Shown here: positions 40,354 through 50,185 of the stretch, in pieces
Position numbering within the stretch: position 1 is the first letter of the stretch
How the letters are laid out: each line of letters starts with the position of its first letter
IMG/VR virus record: IMGVR_UViG_3300030110_002660
Length of the DNA: 64,000 bases
Direction: 5' to 3' (one strand)
Source: an uncultured virus (IMG/VR IMGVR_UViG_3300030110_002660)
Taxonomy: Duplodnaviria; Heunggongvirae; Uroviricota; Caudoviricetes
Position numbers and translations under genes: made by a program
Notes under the pieces: model-generated
Database searches by the model: none
Told to the model about the DNA's origin: nothing
What the model saw: the letters and a program-made list of their open reading frames with translations, nothing else

Positions 40354-41751
40354 ATGGGTCGTTTACAAAACGCAGTTCAACAGCTAAAACCAAAAAACCA
40401 ACCGATACTGAATAATGCAGATAAAGTTTTAGGATTAGTTTCTTTGAATGAAGAAATACTTGCTTTATCCGAGGCGAATCTAAAAAAGAGTGATATTGGT
40501 AAAAGAAATAATAAAAATATTTTACAAGATATAATAAACAAACAAAAACCTTTAGAAACTGATAAAGGGAATGTTTCTATTTCATGGATAGATAATTCTA
40601 ACAAAGTTGCATTTGAAAATGGTGATTTTGATAAAGCATTTCCTTCTGGTAAAGAAGTCTTTATTACATCAAAAGGTGATAAAATTAGACTTACACACAT
40701 AACAAAAACAGATATGTTTGGTGGTGGTAAGGGTTCTGGTGGTGGTTCTTCTGGAACAACTGCTGGTGAATCTGCACAATGTGTTTATTTGCAAGCAATT
40801 TGGAATAATCCCAAAACAGATTTTAATGAAGCAGAATTAACACAGGCGTTTAGTCAAACAAAAACTAATGCAACTTTTGATATGATAAAAAATTTATCAC
40901 AGGATTGGGTAGTTTCTTCAACTTTAATTGCCAAATTACTTTATAAAGTTCTTCCTAAAAGGAATTATACTTTTCATAGAGGCTCAGATGATTTTGTAAA
41001 AAATATAATTGAAAAAACATTTAAAAAAACTGGACAAAAAGATTTTACAGATATTAACAAATGGAATCCAGCTGATATATGGATAGTAGATGAATCAAAA
41101 ATAGGTAGTTATGATTTTGCGAATGTAGTAGAACTTCCATATTATAACGAATTACTTTTAAAAGCTTATACTAATAGAGATATCATTGGTGTTTCTTTAA
41201 AGAAAACAGAGAAACCAAAAATAGCTCAAATGAATTGGAAAAAACCTTTTAAAGAACCAAAATTTACAAAAACTTCTTTAGGCAAAAGAGATTTTTTCAA
41301 GTCTAAAGATGGTTATATATTTTTTGATAGTGGAGAAATACAGTTTAGAACTTTTCCAGCGTTTCAAGGTGAGATTATAGGTAAGGTTGCTAAACATGGA
41401 AAAATAAGTGGTGATGCTGGGCCAAAAGGCCCAATAGGTATCGTTATGGCAAAAGCTGGTGCAAAGCCGATTCCACCAAGAAGAGAAATTGAAACATTAA
41501 TTAAAAAAGATAAAAATAAATTTTTCAAAATGTTCTATAATGAATATTTAAGAGCTGGACAAAAAAATATATCAATAAAAGAGTTTATTAACAATTTTAA
41601 AGGAAAGAATAGTGGGTATCTGGAATCCAAATATCTAGTAACTTTAATGTTTAATGAATTAAAAGGTCGAGAACAGAAATTTTTAAGTTTAGCATATAGA
41701 TATGCAAAATCTATATCTGCTAATTCTTCTGTTCATTTAAAGGTATTTTAA
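40354..41751 (+). CDS. Hypothetical protein with PD-(D/E)xK-like nuclease motifs
   Basis: GESAQC...KWNPADIW...IGVSLKK pattern; Gly-rich linker after the N-terminal domain. Confidence 0.5.
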   Translation: MGRLQNAVQQLKPKNQPILNNADKVLGLVSLNEEILALSEANLKKSDIGKRNNKNILQDIINKQKPLETDKGNVSISWIDNSNKVAFENGDFDKAFPSGKEVFITSKGDKIRLTHITKTDMFGGGKGSGGGSSGTTAGESAQCVYLQAIWNNPKTDFNEAELTQAFSQTKTNATFDMIKNLSQDWVVSSTLIAKLLYKVLPKRNYTFHRGSDDFVKNIIEKTFKKTGQKDFTDINKWNPADIWIVDESKIGSYDFANVVELPYYNELLLKAYTNRDIIGVSLKKTEKPKIAQMNWKKPFKEPKFTKTSLGKRDFFKSKDGYIFFDSGEIQFRTFPAFQGEIIGKVAKHGKISGDAGPKGPIGIVMAKAGAKPIPPRREIETLIKKDKNKFFKMFYNEYLRAGQKNISIKEFINNFKGKNSGYLESKYLVTLMFNELKGREQKFLSLAYRYAKSISANSSVHLKVF

Positions 41752-42992
41752 TGACAATAGAATTTTTAACAGAGGATAAACAAGGAAAGAATTTACATCT
41801 CGAACATCTCGAAGATGAAATAATTAATTTCGGTGTTAAGGGTGGAAGAGCTTCTATAGAGTTTCTTCGTTCACTTCGTAATATGTTATCTGGTGCTTCT
41901 CGAAGTTCTGTTAATATGACAGTTAAGTGGGATGGTGCTCCAGCAGTATTTGCTGGTGTCGACCCAGCAGATAATAAATTTTTTGTTGCAAAGAAATCTG
42001 TGTTCAATGTAACACCAAAATTATATAAAACAAATGCAGATGTTGATGCAGATACATCTGGAGATTTAAGTACGAAGTTAAAGGTTGCTCTTAAAGAATT
42101 TTCTAAGTTAGGAATCAAAGGAGTATTGCAAGGCGATTTAATGTTCACAAAAGATAGTGTTGAAAATGATACAATAGATGGTGTCAAGTATTATACTTTT
42201 CAACCGAACACAATTGTTTATGCAGTTCCAGTTGATTCTGATTTAGGAAAAACTATTAAGAGTGCTAACATAGGTGTTGTGTGGCACACCACTTATACTG
42301 GAAAAGAACTTCAAGATATGAAAGCATCATTTGGTGTCAATATAAATTCATTAACTAAATCCTCAAAAGTATGGATGGATGATGCAAGTTATAAAGATAC
42401 ATCTGGTAAATCTACATTTACTGCAAAGGAAACAGAAGCGGTTACATCATTATTATCAAAAACAGGAGTTGCATTTCAAAAAATTAATGTGCCGACATTA
42501 AATAGATTTTTAAAATTACAGGAAAGTCTTTCTGGAAAATTTGCAAAGGTAACTATTAAGACATATAATAACAAATTTGTAAGACAAGGTGTACCTATAA
42601 CGAATCCAAGCAAACATGCACAAGGATATTTGCAGTATGTGAAAGACCAGTTTGATGATGAAACTAAAAAAATAAAAACACTAGCAAAGAAACAGGAATA
42701 CGAAACTAGAAAAACAGAATATGTTAGAGAGTTTAAAAAACAAATACCTACTTTAATACAAGTGTTTACTATGCAGAAATATTTGGTTGAAGCAAAGATT
42801 TTGATAGTTAAAAAACTAAATAGTATTAAACAATTGACCGATACATTTGTTAAAACATCTGATGGATTTAAAGTAACGAATCCTGAAGGTTATGTTGCTA
42901 TAGATAGAATAAGTGGAAACGCAGTCAAGTTAGTAGATAGAATGGAGTTTAGTTTTAATAACTTTACTGCCATAAAAAATTGGGATAAGTAA
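41751..42992 (+). CDS. Conserved T4-like protein with ligase/nucleotidyltransferase-like motifs
   Basis: HLEHLED, TVKWDGAP (KxDG), QGDLMF, PEGYV, KLVDR resemble motifs I, III, IV and V of the ATP-dependent ligase superfamily. Confidence 0.55.
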   Translation: MTIEFLTEDKQGKNLHLEHLEDEIINFGVKGGRASIEFLRSLRNMLSGASRSSVNMTVKWDGAPAVFAGVDPADNKFFVAKKSVFNVTPKLYKTNADVDADTSGDLSTKLKVALKEFSKLGIKGVLQGDLMFTKDSVENDTIDGVKYYTFQPNTIVYAVPVDSDLGKTIKSANIGVVWHTTYTGKELQDMKASFGVNINSLTKSSKVWMDDASYKDTSGKSTFTAKETEAVTSLLSKTGVAFQKINVPTLNRFLKLQESLSGKFAKVTIKTYNNKFVRQGVPITNPSKHAQGYLQYVKDQFDDETKKIKTLAKKQEYETRKTEYVREFKKQIPTLIQVFTMQKYLVEAKILIVKKLNSIKQLTDTFVKTSDGFKVTNPEGYVAIDRISGNAVKLVDRMEFSFNNFTAIKNWDK

Positions 42993-43403
42993 ATGAAATC
43001 ATTTAAAGAGATAACAGTAGATGTAGAAAAATCAAAAGGTTTGCATGATTTAGAAGAAAGAAAACCATTAAATATTGCACAACGAAGAAAACTTGCAATA
43101 AGAATGAAACGACTTTCAAAATCTGGTGCGTTTAAAAAGAAAAGAGAACTATCACTTCGTAGAGTTGCTACAGGTGATAAACTTATGAAACGTGCAATGA
43201 AACGTGCTAAAATGGTAATGATTAAAAAGTTTTATGGAAACATAGATTATAAGAATCTGCCTATTTCAGCAAAGATGAAAATAGATATGCAACTTCAAAA
43301 GAAAGCATCTATGATACCAAAGATTGCAAAGAAATTAGTAAGGATAATGAGAAAACAAGAAGTAGAAAGAGTTAGAAAATTAAAAGCAGGTGGTAACAAA
43401 TAA
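42993..43403 (+). CDS. Very basic protein, probable internal/core protein
   Basis: MKSFKE leader; Lys/Arg-rich body. Confidence 0.6.
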   Translation: MKSFKEITVDVEKSKGLHDLEERKPLNIAQRRKLAIRMKRLSKSGAFKKKRELSLRRVATGDKLMKRAMKRAKMVMIKKFYGNIDYKNLPISAKMKIDMQLQKKASMIPKIAKKLVRIMRKQEVERVRKLKAGGNK

Positions 43404-44225
43404 ATGATGAAAGGTTTTAAACAGGTTTTAACAGAAGCAAAAGAAAAAGTTGTTTTTGCGTTTGGAAGATTCAATCCGCCTACTACTGGTCACGAAAAAT
43501 TAATTAATAAAGTTGCGAGTGTTGCTGGTTCTAGTGATTATAGAATTTATCCATCTTTTACAAAAAACCCGACAAAAGACCCATTACCACATGCACTTAA
43601 AATTGCATATATGAGAAAGATGTTTCCGAAACATGCAAGAAAAATTATTGCAGACCAAGATGCAACTACAGCAATGGCGATTGCAACTAAGTTGTATGAT
43701 GAAGGTTATAAAAATCTAGTAATGGTTGCTGGTTCTGATAGAATTAAAGAATTTCAAAAATTATTAGATACTTATAATGGTGTTAAAGGAAAACGACATG
43801 GATATTATAAATTTGAAAGTATAGGTGTTGTATCTGCTGGCGAGAGAGACCCCGATGCAGAGGGTGTAACAGGAATGTCTGCTTCAAAAATGAGAAGTGC
43901 TGCCGCTAGTGGAGATATAAGTGCGTTCAAAAGTGGACTTCCAAAAGGATTTAAGGGTGCAGAAAGATTATTTAAAGATGTAAGAAAACATATGAATATT
44001 CGTGATGAAAAACAATGGATAGGAGAAATGACTGATTATGAACAATTTAGAGATGCATATCTTACAGGAAAGATATTGCGTGTAGGAGAAAAGACAAAAC
44101 TAGGTGAAATACTAAGACGTGGAACAAATTATGTAACTATTCTTACTGAAAAGAAAGGATATAAAAAAGTTTGGTTGGAAACCTTACAAGAACATATGAT
44201 TACTGAAACTTTAAATAGCAAATAA
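43404..44225 (+). CDS. HIGH-family nucleotidyltransferase (cytidylyltransferase-like)
   Basis: FGRFNPPTTGHEKL, VAGSDR, SAGERDPD, MSASKMR. Confidence 0.85.
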   Translation: MMKGFKQVLTEAKEKVVFAFGRFNPPTTGHEKLINKVASVAGSSDYRIYPSFTKNPTKDPLPHALKIAYMRKMFPKHARKIIADQDATTAMAIATKLYDEGYKNLVMVAGSDRIKEFQKLLDTYNGVKGKRHGYYKFESIGVVSAGERDPDAEGVTGMSASKMRSAAASGDISAFKSGLPKGFKGAERLFKDVRKHMNIRDEKQWIGEMTDYEQFRDAYLTGKILRVGEKTKLGEILRRGTNYVTILTEKKGYKKVWLETLQEHMITETLNSK

Positions 44226-44247
44226 GATAAATATAAAGAAAGGAAAT

Positions 44248-44754
44248 ATGGAAATGGATAAATTTTATAACGATTTTTACACAAAGTTTGGCCGAACTGT
44301 TCATGATATACGAGAACAACAAGAACGAGATATTGTTGAGTATGCTGAAAATGGATTAACCGAAGATGATATAGTTATTCTTACTGATATGGATAGACGT
44401 AGAGTTCGTGAGATTATAGGAAATATTAAACCAGTACAAGAAGAAACAGAACTTAATGAATTTCAAGGATATGATTCTATCGTAAGTAAGGATAAAACAG
44501 CAAGTGCAATATTCAAAATTGCTAGGACTAAAGGTGGTAAGGGTGTTATTGAATTTAAAGGTGGTAAACTTACTCTTGATGATAAGTCAGCACGAATTAT
44601 TTTAGATATCGTTGCTCAAGAAGAAAAGTGGCCACAAGCTCAACTTAGAGATGCTATACAAAATCCAAAATCATATACAGTAAGAGAAGTAATGAAGTTA
44701 GCTCAAGATGCTAAGAAAGCACAAGGGGATAAAAGACCACTAACATCAACATAG
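44248..44754 (+). CDS. Hypothetical protein with EETELNE linker
   Basis: AGGA RBS; GATAAATA late-promoter variant at 44226. Confidence 0.6.
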   Translation: MEMDKFYNDFYTKFGRTVHDIREQQERDIVEYAENGLTEDDIVILTDMDRRRVREIIGNIKPVQEETELNEFQGYDSIVSKDKTASAIFKIARTKGGKGVIEFKGGKLTLDDKSARIILDIVAQEEKWPQAQLRDAIQNPKSYTVREVMKLAQDAKKAQGDKRPLTST

Positions 44755-44764
44755 GACAGGAAAC

Positions 44765-46747
44765 ATGGAAAAAAATAAATTAGAACGTATGAATCTGTCG
44801 AAATATTTAAAGACAAAATATAAAGATGTTAAAGATGTCGACCCTGCTGACGTTGATGATGTTGCAACTGCAAAAGATATTGCAAGTGCAGATAAAAACA
44901 TAATGATACAACTTAAAAAACAAATTGGTTTGGGTAATTCATTCAAAGTAGAATTTGGAGATAAGAAAACAGCAAGAGTTCCAGATAAAATTGCGAAGGC
45001 AGCAATTGCACTCTATGATAAACATAAAACATCTCAACAAAAAGGTGATTATCAAAATACGATTTCTAAGTCTTATAAAGATTTACTTTCTTTTATTAGA
45101 AAAGGAAAACCAGTTGCAATGGAAGCGGTAGTTATTCAAGAACCACTCGACCCAGAAAAACATGATGTAAAAAAATATATTGATGATTTTCAAAAATCTA
45201 CTAATCCACAATTTGATGGACTATCAAAAGAAAAACGCAAGGAGATGGCGATAGCTGCTTATCTAAAAGCAAAAGATAAAAAAGAAGATATGAAAAATTC
45301 TAAAGATAAAAAAGAAGAAACATTAATACGTAGTGTCCAACAAATAATGTTGAACAAAGATACTAAAAAAGAAGTTACAGAAGCTTATCTTGACTATGTA
45401 CTTCCAAAATTAAGTTTTAATAGTACGTCTGAGTTTAAGAAAGCAGTAAAGTATTTTGAAAGTCAAGGTCTTTCGCAAGGTTATCGTGGTAATGAAATGG
45501 AGCCTGCTTTTGATTTTAATAAATTTAAAGATGAGATAACCATTTTTAATCTTGATGAACTTTCACCTAGCATTAATTCTAAAAGAGGTGTAGATAGTTT
45601 CTTGAAGAAAGGAAGATTTAAATATGAATTAAATTATATTCGTAATGAAGGTTTTGCTTCAGATGCTCAAAGAAGAGCTGCATTTGCTAGTGGTTACAAA
45701 GAAAAAGGCAAAAAGAAAAAAGAAGAAGTTGAACTTGATGAACAACCAAAACATGAAATTACTGTAGGTAATTACACAACTAAGTTTTTTCACATGTGTG
45801 GCTCTGCACAAGAAGTAATGAAAAAATACGCAGATAAAGATGGCGCAGAGGAACTTGCTAAAATGCAAGATGTATTCTTTAAAATGGAAAAAGATGCAAT
45901 GAACTCTGGTAGTGCAAGTGAAGAACAGAAAAAGAAAGCAGAAATACTATATGATAAGATTATAACTAAAGCAAAAGATGTCGGTATTGAAGATGAAGTT
46001 CAAAAGTATATGATAAACCACTTAACATCAATGACTAAAGGCGACCCTAAACTTGGATTTGGTAGAACTGATATAAATGAAGAAGTTAAACTTGATGAAA
46101 AATTAGATAAAGATGATGAAACTATTATTAAAAAAGTTATAGGTAAATTAAAGAAAGCAAGTCAAGCACACGCTGGACAATCTAAAGACTTGCAAAAAGC
46201 ACTTGATGAAGATGAACTTGGTGAAAACTTTAGAACACTTGCTACTAAGGGTATGGGTACAGAAACAAAACAACGAGCTAAAGTAGGACAGGAATTAGAT
46301 TTTTACGAACCCAAAAGAGGTGATAAGTTTTTAGGTAAGATTATAAAAATGGATAATAAAGGTTATAAGGTACAGGGTTTAGATAGACAATTTAAAGGTA
46401 AAATATTTACATTTAAATATTATGATAAAAACAAAGCAAAAAATCTTCTTCAAAAAGAAGAACATATTGATGAAAGAAGTAAAATTTCAGATGTTGTTGC
46501 AAAAACTGATGCAGAAAGACTTGCTATTGTAAAAAAACATTATCCATTTGTTGCTGATATTACAGATAAAAGAAAAAAAGAAAAAACTGTTCAAGGTTTC
46601 TTTCATTTTCTAAAAAATAAAGATAAAAAAGCAGTTGATAAATTAGATAACATAATTAAAAAATTAGGTACGAAAAAAGGAATAGCATATATTGATTCAT
46701 ATCGTCAAAATTATTTAAGAATGAGTAATTTAGAGGAAGAAAAATAA
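44765..46747 (+). CDS. Modular Lys/Glu-rich protein, probable internal head polyprotein
   Basis: Short modules separated by EEVELDE, EEVKLDE, EEHIDE, ELGE and EVTE. Confidence 0.6.
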   Translation: MEKNKLERMNLSKYLKTKYKDVKDVDPADVDDVATAKDIASADKNIMIQLKKQIGLGNSFKVEFGDKKTARVPDKIAKAAIALYDKHKTSQQKGDYQNTISKSYKDLLSFIRKGKPVAMEAVVIQEPLDPEKHDVKKYIDDFQKSTNPQFDGLSKEKRKEMAIAAYLKAKDKKEDMKNSKDKKEETLIRSVQQIMLNKDTKKEVTEAYLDYVLPKLSFNSTSEFKKAVKYFESQGLSQGYRGNEMEPAFDFNKFKDEITIFNLDELSPSINSKRGVDSFLKKGRFKYELNYIRNEGFASDAQRRAAFASGYKEKGKKKKEEVELDEQPKHEITVGNYTTKFFHMCGSAQEVMKKYADKDGAEELAKMQDVFFKMEKDAMNSGSASEEQKKKAEILYDKIITKAKDVGIEDEVQKYMINHLTSMTKGDPKLGFGRTDINEEVKLDEKLDKDDETIIKKVIGKLKKASQAHAGQSKDLQKALDEDELGENFRTLATKGMGTETKQRAKVGQELDFYEPKRGDKFLGKIIKMDNKGYKVQGLDRQFKGKIFTFKYYDKNKAKNLLQKEEHIDERSKISDVVAKTDAERLAIVKKHYPFVADITDKRKKEKTVQGFFHFLKNKDKKAVDKLDNIIKKLGTKKGIAYIDSYRQNYLRMSNLEEEK

Positions 46748-46748
46748 G

Positions 46749-47114
46749 ATGGGAAAAAAATATTTAGATACAAAAAAGAATTCTTTAGAAGAGGCTGTTC
46801 AAAAAATTTGGAATGGAGATACAATTACAGAAGCACCAGATGATTTAGAATATGTTGTATTAGATTTTGATAAGATGTCTGAGTTTAAGAAAGCAAGAAA
46901 CTATCTTGATAAAAATGGCATTAGACCACCAGGTTACGGTGGTGGTGGTGGAGCAGAGTATGATTTTGATAGGGATATGTATGGAGATGAGTTAAGCATT
47001 TTAAATATTGATGAGATACATCCACGAATTAAGATGAAGACTAAAAGAGATGTTGAAAATTTCTTGAAGAAAGGAAGATTTAAATTTAAATTAAGGTATA
47101 TAGGGCCACAATAA
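46749..47114 (+). CDS. Hypothetical protein: shared leader plus a module paralogous to part of 44765-46747
   Basis: MGKKYLDTKKNSLEEAV leader; SEFKKA...FLKKGRFK module. Confidence 0.65.
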   Translation: MGKKYLDTKKNSLEEAVQKIWNGDTITEAPDDLEYVVLDFDKMSEFKKARNYLDKNGIRPPGYGGGGGAEYDFDRDMYGDELSILNIDEIHPRIKMKTKRDVENFLKKGRFKFKLRYIGPQ

Positions 47115-47164
47115 TGGGAAAAAAATATTTAGATACCAAAAAGAATTCGTTAGAAGATGCAGTT
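46749..47164 (+). repeat. Duplicated ~50-nt gene starts (46749-46799 and 47114-47164)
   Basis: ATGGGAAAAAAATATTTAGATAC(A/C)AAAAAGAATTC(T/G)TTAGAAGA(G/T)GC(T/A)GTT; the differences fall at third codon positions. Confidence 0.9.
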
Positions 47165-47560
47165 TTGGAAGTTGTTAAATTTGAAGAAGTAGAACTTGAT
47201 GAAAAACAAAATACATACACAGTAGTTCATATTAAAAAAGGTAAAGAAATTATAAAAGCAAAAAGTTCATATGAAGCTGCAAAAAAGTTTGCACAGATGA
47301 AAAGACTTAAAAACACAGCAGGAGTTGATGCTTATATTATGGAAGAAGTAGATATGCAAGAATCAGGTCATACTGATGTGGCATCTATGAAAACACAAGT
47401 ACAGATTGCTATGGAAGCTTTACAAAAGATGAATACAGAATTAGCAAAACTAAATGATGAAGATGACCTTCCTACTTGGTGGACAAACAAAGTTGCAACA
47501 GCGGTAAATAAATTAGATGGTATGGCTGACTACATTAGTGCAAAAGGGAAAACAACATAA
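47114..47560 (+). CDS. Hypothetical modular protein with the same leader
   Basis: MGKKYLDTKKNSLEDAV...EEVELDE...EEVDMQE. Confidence 0.65.
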   Translation: MGKKYLDTKKNSLEDAVLEVVKFEEVELDEKQNTYTVVHIKKGKEIIKAKSSYEAAKKFAQMKRLKNTAGVDAYIMEEVDMQESGHTDVASMKTQVQIAMEALQKMNTELAKLNDEDDLPTWWTNKVATAVNKLDGMADYISAKGKTT

Positions 47561-47591
47561 CAGAAGAATAGGATTATAGAGGAAGAAAACA

Positions 47592-48926
47592 ATGAAAAAA
47601 CAAAATGATTACTTTAAAAAAATAGAAAAGGGAACATTGGAAGATGCTGTTGAACAAATTTGGAATCCAGATAGTAAAGAAGAACAACTTGATGAAGTTG
47701 TTACTAACTATAAACTACTTGCGAAAGATATTAAAAAAGAATTCCAACAACAATTAACAAAGAAAAAGTTTCTTACTTTAAACGATATTCAAAGTTATGT
47801 AATGTCTAATGCAGATTCTCCACATAAAGTTGAAACTGATGAGATTGTTAAAGAACTTAAAAAACTTCGTATAACAGTTGCTGGAAAGTTTCCACATACT
47901 AGAGAAGAAGTTACTTCTAAACAGTTGCAAAAAGCAATAGGTAAAGCTAAGGGGATGAAAGTAAAACACGATTGTGCTACTAAAGTAGAACATGCAGAAT
48001 GGGGTAAAGGAAATCCATTAAAAGAACAACATACACTCGATGAAGATGGTACTGTTACACATTATGATATTATGTTTGAACATGGACTAGAGAAAGACGT
48101 TTCAGTTTCTACACTAAAGATACTTGCAAGTTCAATGCATGAACATGCAATTAATCCAGATAAGAATGACCTACAAGAAATGAATCCAACTGACCATGTT
48201 AAGAAAAAGGGTGACAAGTTTTGTGTATATAATGCAGATGGTACTATTGCAAAAGAATTTGACAATAGAGAAGATGCAGAAAAGTATGCAATTGCCAACC
48301 ACGACAAGTTGATGGCAACTAAGAAAGAAGAAGTTGAAATTGATGAAGGAACGAAATATATTGGTCGTGCTGGTGAAGGAACACAATTCCAAGTTGTTTA
48401 TACAAATAAGAAAAGGCGAGATGGAATTTACAGATTAGAAAAAGATAGAACTTTAGGAAAAATCTATAATCAAAGAGAAGCAGAAAAAATGGTTAAAAAA
48501 TTATCTGCTGATAAAAGAAATAGTGACTTTGAATATAGATTTGTACCAAAAGGTAATATTAACCATAGAAGTGGAGAAGTTGTTACTCCAGTCGATTTTT
48601 ACAAAGTAGGTTTCAAAAATCGTAGAGAACAAGTAACTTCACCATCAAAATATATTGATATCTTAACTAAATTTCAAGAAGAAACAGAATATCAAAAGTT
48701 TTTTAAATCTGCAATGAAAAAGTTTGGTGTAAAAAGTCCTAGTGAATTAGATGGCGATAAAGAAAAAGAATTTTATGACTATGTAGATAAAAATTGGAAG
48801 GGTAAAAATGAGCCAAAGGAAGTTGGTGAAAAACGTAAACCTAATGGTAAAACATTAACGGGGAAACCTAAAGACAATATTGATGTAAATCCAAAAACTT
48901 CTGATATTAAAGCTGGTAAATATTAG
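47592..48926 (+). CDS. Modular protein, probable internal head polyprotein
   Basis: Related leader (KGTLEDAVEQIWN); linkers EEQLDE, DLQE, EEVEIDE; module HDCATKVEHAEWGKG. Confidence 0.6.
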   Translation: MKKQNDYFKKIEKGTLEDAVEQIWNPDSKEEQLDEVVTNYKLLAKDIKKEFQQQLTKKKFLTLNDIQSYVMSNADSPHKVETDEIVKELKKLRITVAGKFPHTREEVTSKQLQKAIGKAKGMKVKHDCATKVEHAEWGKGNPLKEQHTLDEDGTVTHYDIMFEHGLEKDVSVSTLKILASSMHEHAINPDKNDLQEMNPTDHVKKKGDKFCVYNADGTIAKEFDNREDAEKYAIANHDKLMATKKEEVEIDEGTKYIGRAGEGTQFQVVYTNKKRRDGIYRLEKDRTLGKIYNQREAEKMVKKLSADKRNSDFEYRFVPKGNINHRSGEVVTPVDFYKVGFKNRREQVTSPSKYIDILTKFQEETEYQKFFKSAMKKFGVKSPSELDGDKEKEFYDYVDKNWKGKNEPKEVGEKRKPNGKTLTGKPKDNIDVNPKTSDIKAGKY

Positions 48927-48931
48927 GAAAT

Positions 48932-49483
48932 ATGAAACAATTTTATGATGTTAGGTATGCATATCTTTCAGAACAAGAGAATTCTAAATTACCAGAGATT
49001 TATATTGATTTAGATGGTGTTTTAGTAGATTTAGAAAAGGGTGCATTAGAAACACTTCTTGATAAGTATCCTAAAATTAAAAGTTGGTTAGAAGTTCCAC
49101 AAGAAGATAGATGGAAGGTAATTAATAAAACAAAAGATTTTTGGAAAAATTTAGAATGGATGCCAAATTCAAAAAGACTTTGGAAAATGGTAAGTAAATA
49201 TCCATCACATGTATTAAGTGCATATTCATCGAGGGATGATAATTCTAAGAGGGATAAGTTGGTTTGGGTAAATAAAAATATGAGAGAATTACCCAGAAAT
49301 AGAATAAACATAGTAAAAAGACAAGATAAACAAAAATTTGCAGTTGATAAGGGAAATCCTAATGTCCTTATTGACGACCACCTTAAAAATGTAGATGAGT
49401 GGAAAAAAGCAGGTGGCATAGGAATATTACATAAAGATGTTAGTACTACTATACGACAATTAAAAAAATTAGGATATAAATAA
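48932..49483 (+). CDS. HAD-family 5'(3')-deoxyribonucleotidase-like phosphatase
   Basis: IYIDLDGVLVD (DxD), LS, K, LIDD, W..AGGIGILH. Confidence 0.88.
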   Translation: MKQFYDVRYAYLSEQENSKLPEIYIDLDGVLVDLEKGALETLLDKYPKIKSWLEVPQEDRWKVINKTKDFWKNLEWMPNSKRLWKMVSKYPSHVLSAYSSRDDNSKRDKLVWVNKNMRELPRNRINIVKRQDKQKFAVDKGNPNVLIDDHLKNVDEWKKAGGIGILHKDVSTTIRQLKKLGYK

Positions 49484-49492
49484 CTATAAATA
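49475..49492 (+). promoter_or_regulatory. Tandem late promoters
   Basis: TATAAATA at 49475 and again at 49485. Confidence 0.8.
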
Positions 49493-49523
49493 AAGTATAG
49501 AATAAAAAAAAAGGAGAACGATT

Positions 49524-50141
49524 ATGGGATTATGGGGAACAGCTCACGCTTCGGCATCAAACAAACCAAAAGATAAGCCGACAGATGAGAACTCAGATTA
49601 TAAAAAACAGACTATCTATGCAACTCAAGCGGGTTGGGTAAGACAGGCTGGAACTGCAGCTAGTGGAAATGACAATACTTCTGCACAACCTGAAGTTTTA
49701 GTTGCGATTGGCGACCTTGCTGGTTCATCTTCAAGTACTGGTTTAAGAGCACCAACAGTTACAGCATTAAGATATGTTGTTGGAACAACTGCAACAACTG
49801 ATATGACCGCTGGTGACGGAACACAAAGAATACTTGTTGAAGTTACTTGGGATGAAGAAGTTACTGTTGCTGGTAGTCCACAAATTACTGTTGTTAACGG
49901 AAACCAATCAGGTGGTGGTTATGGCAACCACGTCTTAACTTATACTGCAACTGGTTCGACTGCTAACAGAAAACGCTTTGAGAAGACAAGTGCTAGTTTA
50001 GGTAACACAGATGTGTTAACTACACCTTCTGCTATTGCACTTAATAGTGGAACAATTTCTGATACAGTAGTTGGTGGAACAACTCTTGCTGCTTCATTAG
50101 ATATTTCTGATGTGGTACAAGTACGAACAGTAACAAACTAG
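49524..50141 (+). CDS. Probable virion structural protein (Thr/Gly/Ala-rich, Ig-like C-terminus)
   Basis: MGLWG..., GWV, PEVLVAI motifs; strong RBS; late promoter. Confidence 0.6.
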   Translation: MGLWGTAHASASNKPKDKPTDENSDYKKQTIYATQAGWVRQAGTAASGNDNTSAQPEVLVAIGDLAGSSSSTGLRAPTVTALRYVVGTTATTDMTAGDGTQRILVEVTWDEEVTVAGSPQITVVNGNQSGGGYGNHVLTYTATGSTANRKRFEKTSASLGNTDVLTTPSAIALNSGTISDTVVGGTTLAASLDISDVVQVRTVTN

Positions 50142-50185
50142 TCGTAAGATATACGAAATTATATTAAGTGAGGTGATATAACAAT

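Noticed and set aside
44440..48347. Recurring 21-nt GAAGAAGTTGAACTTGATGAA motif as a CRISPR array or DGR repeat
   Set aside because: Spacing is irregular (hundreds of nt), the motif is always in frame, variation is codon-like, and no cas or reverse transcriptase gene is present.
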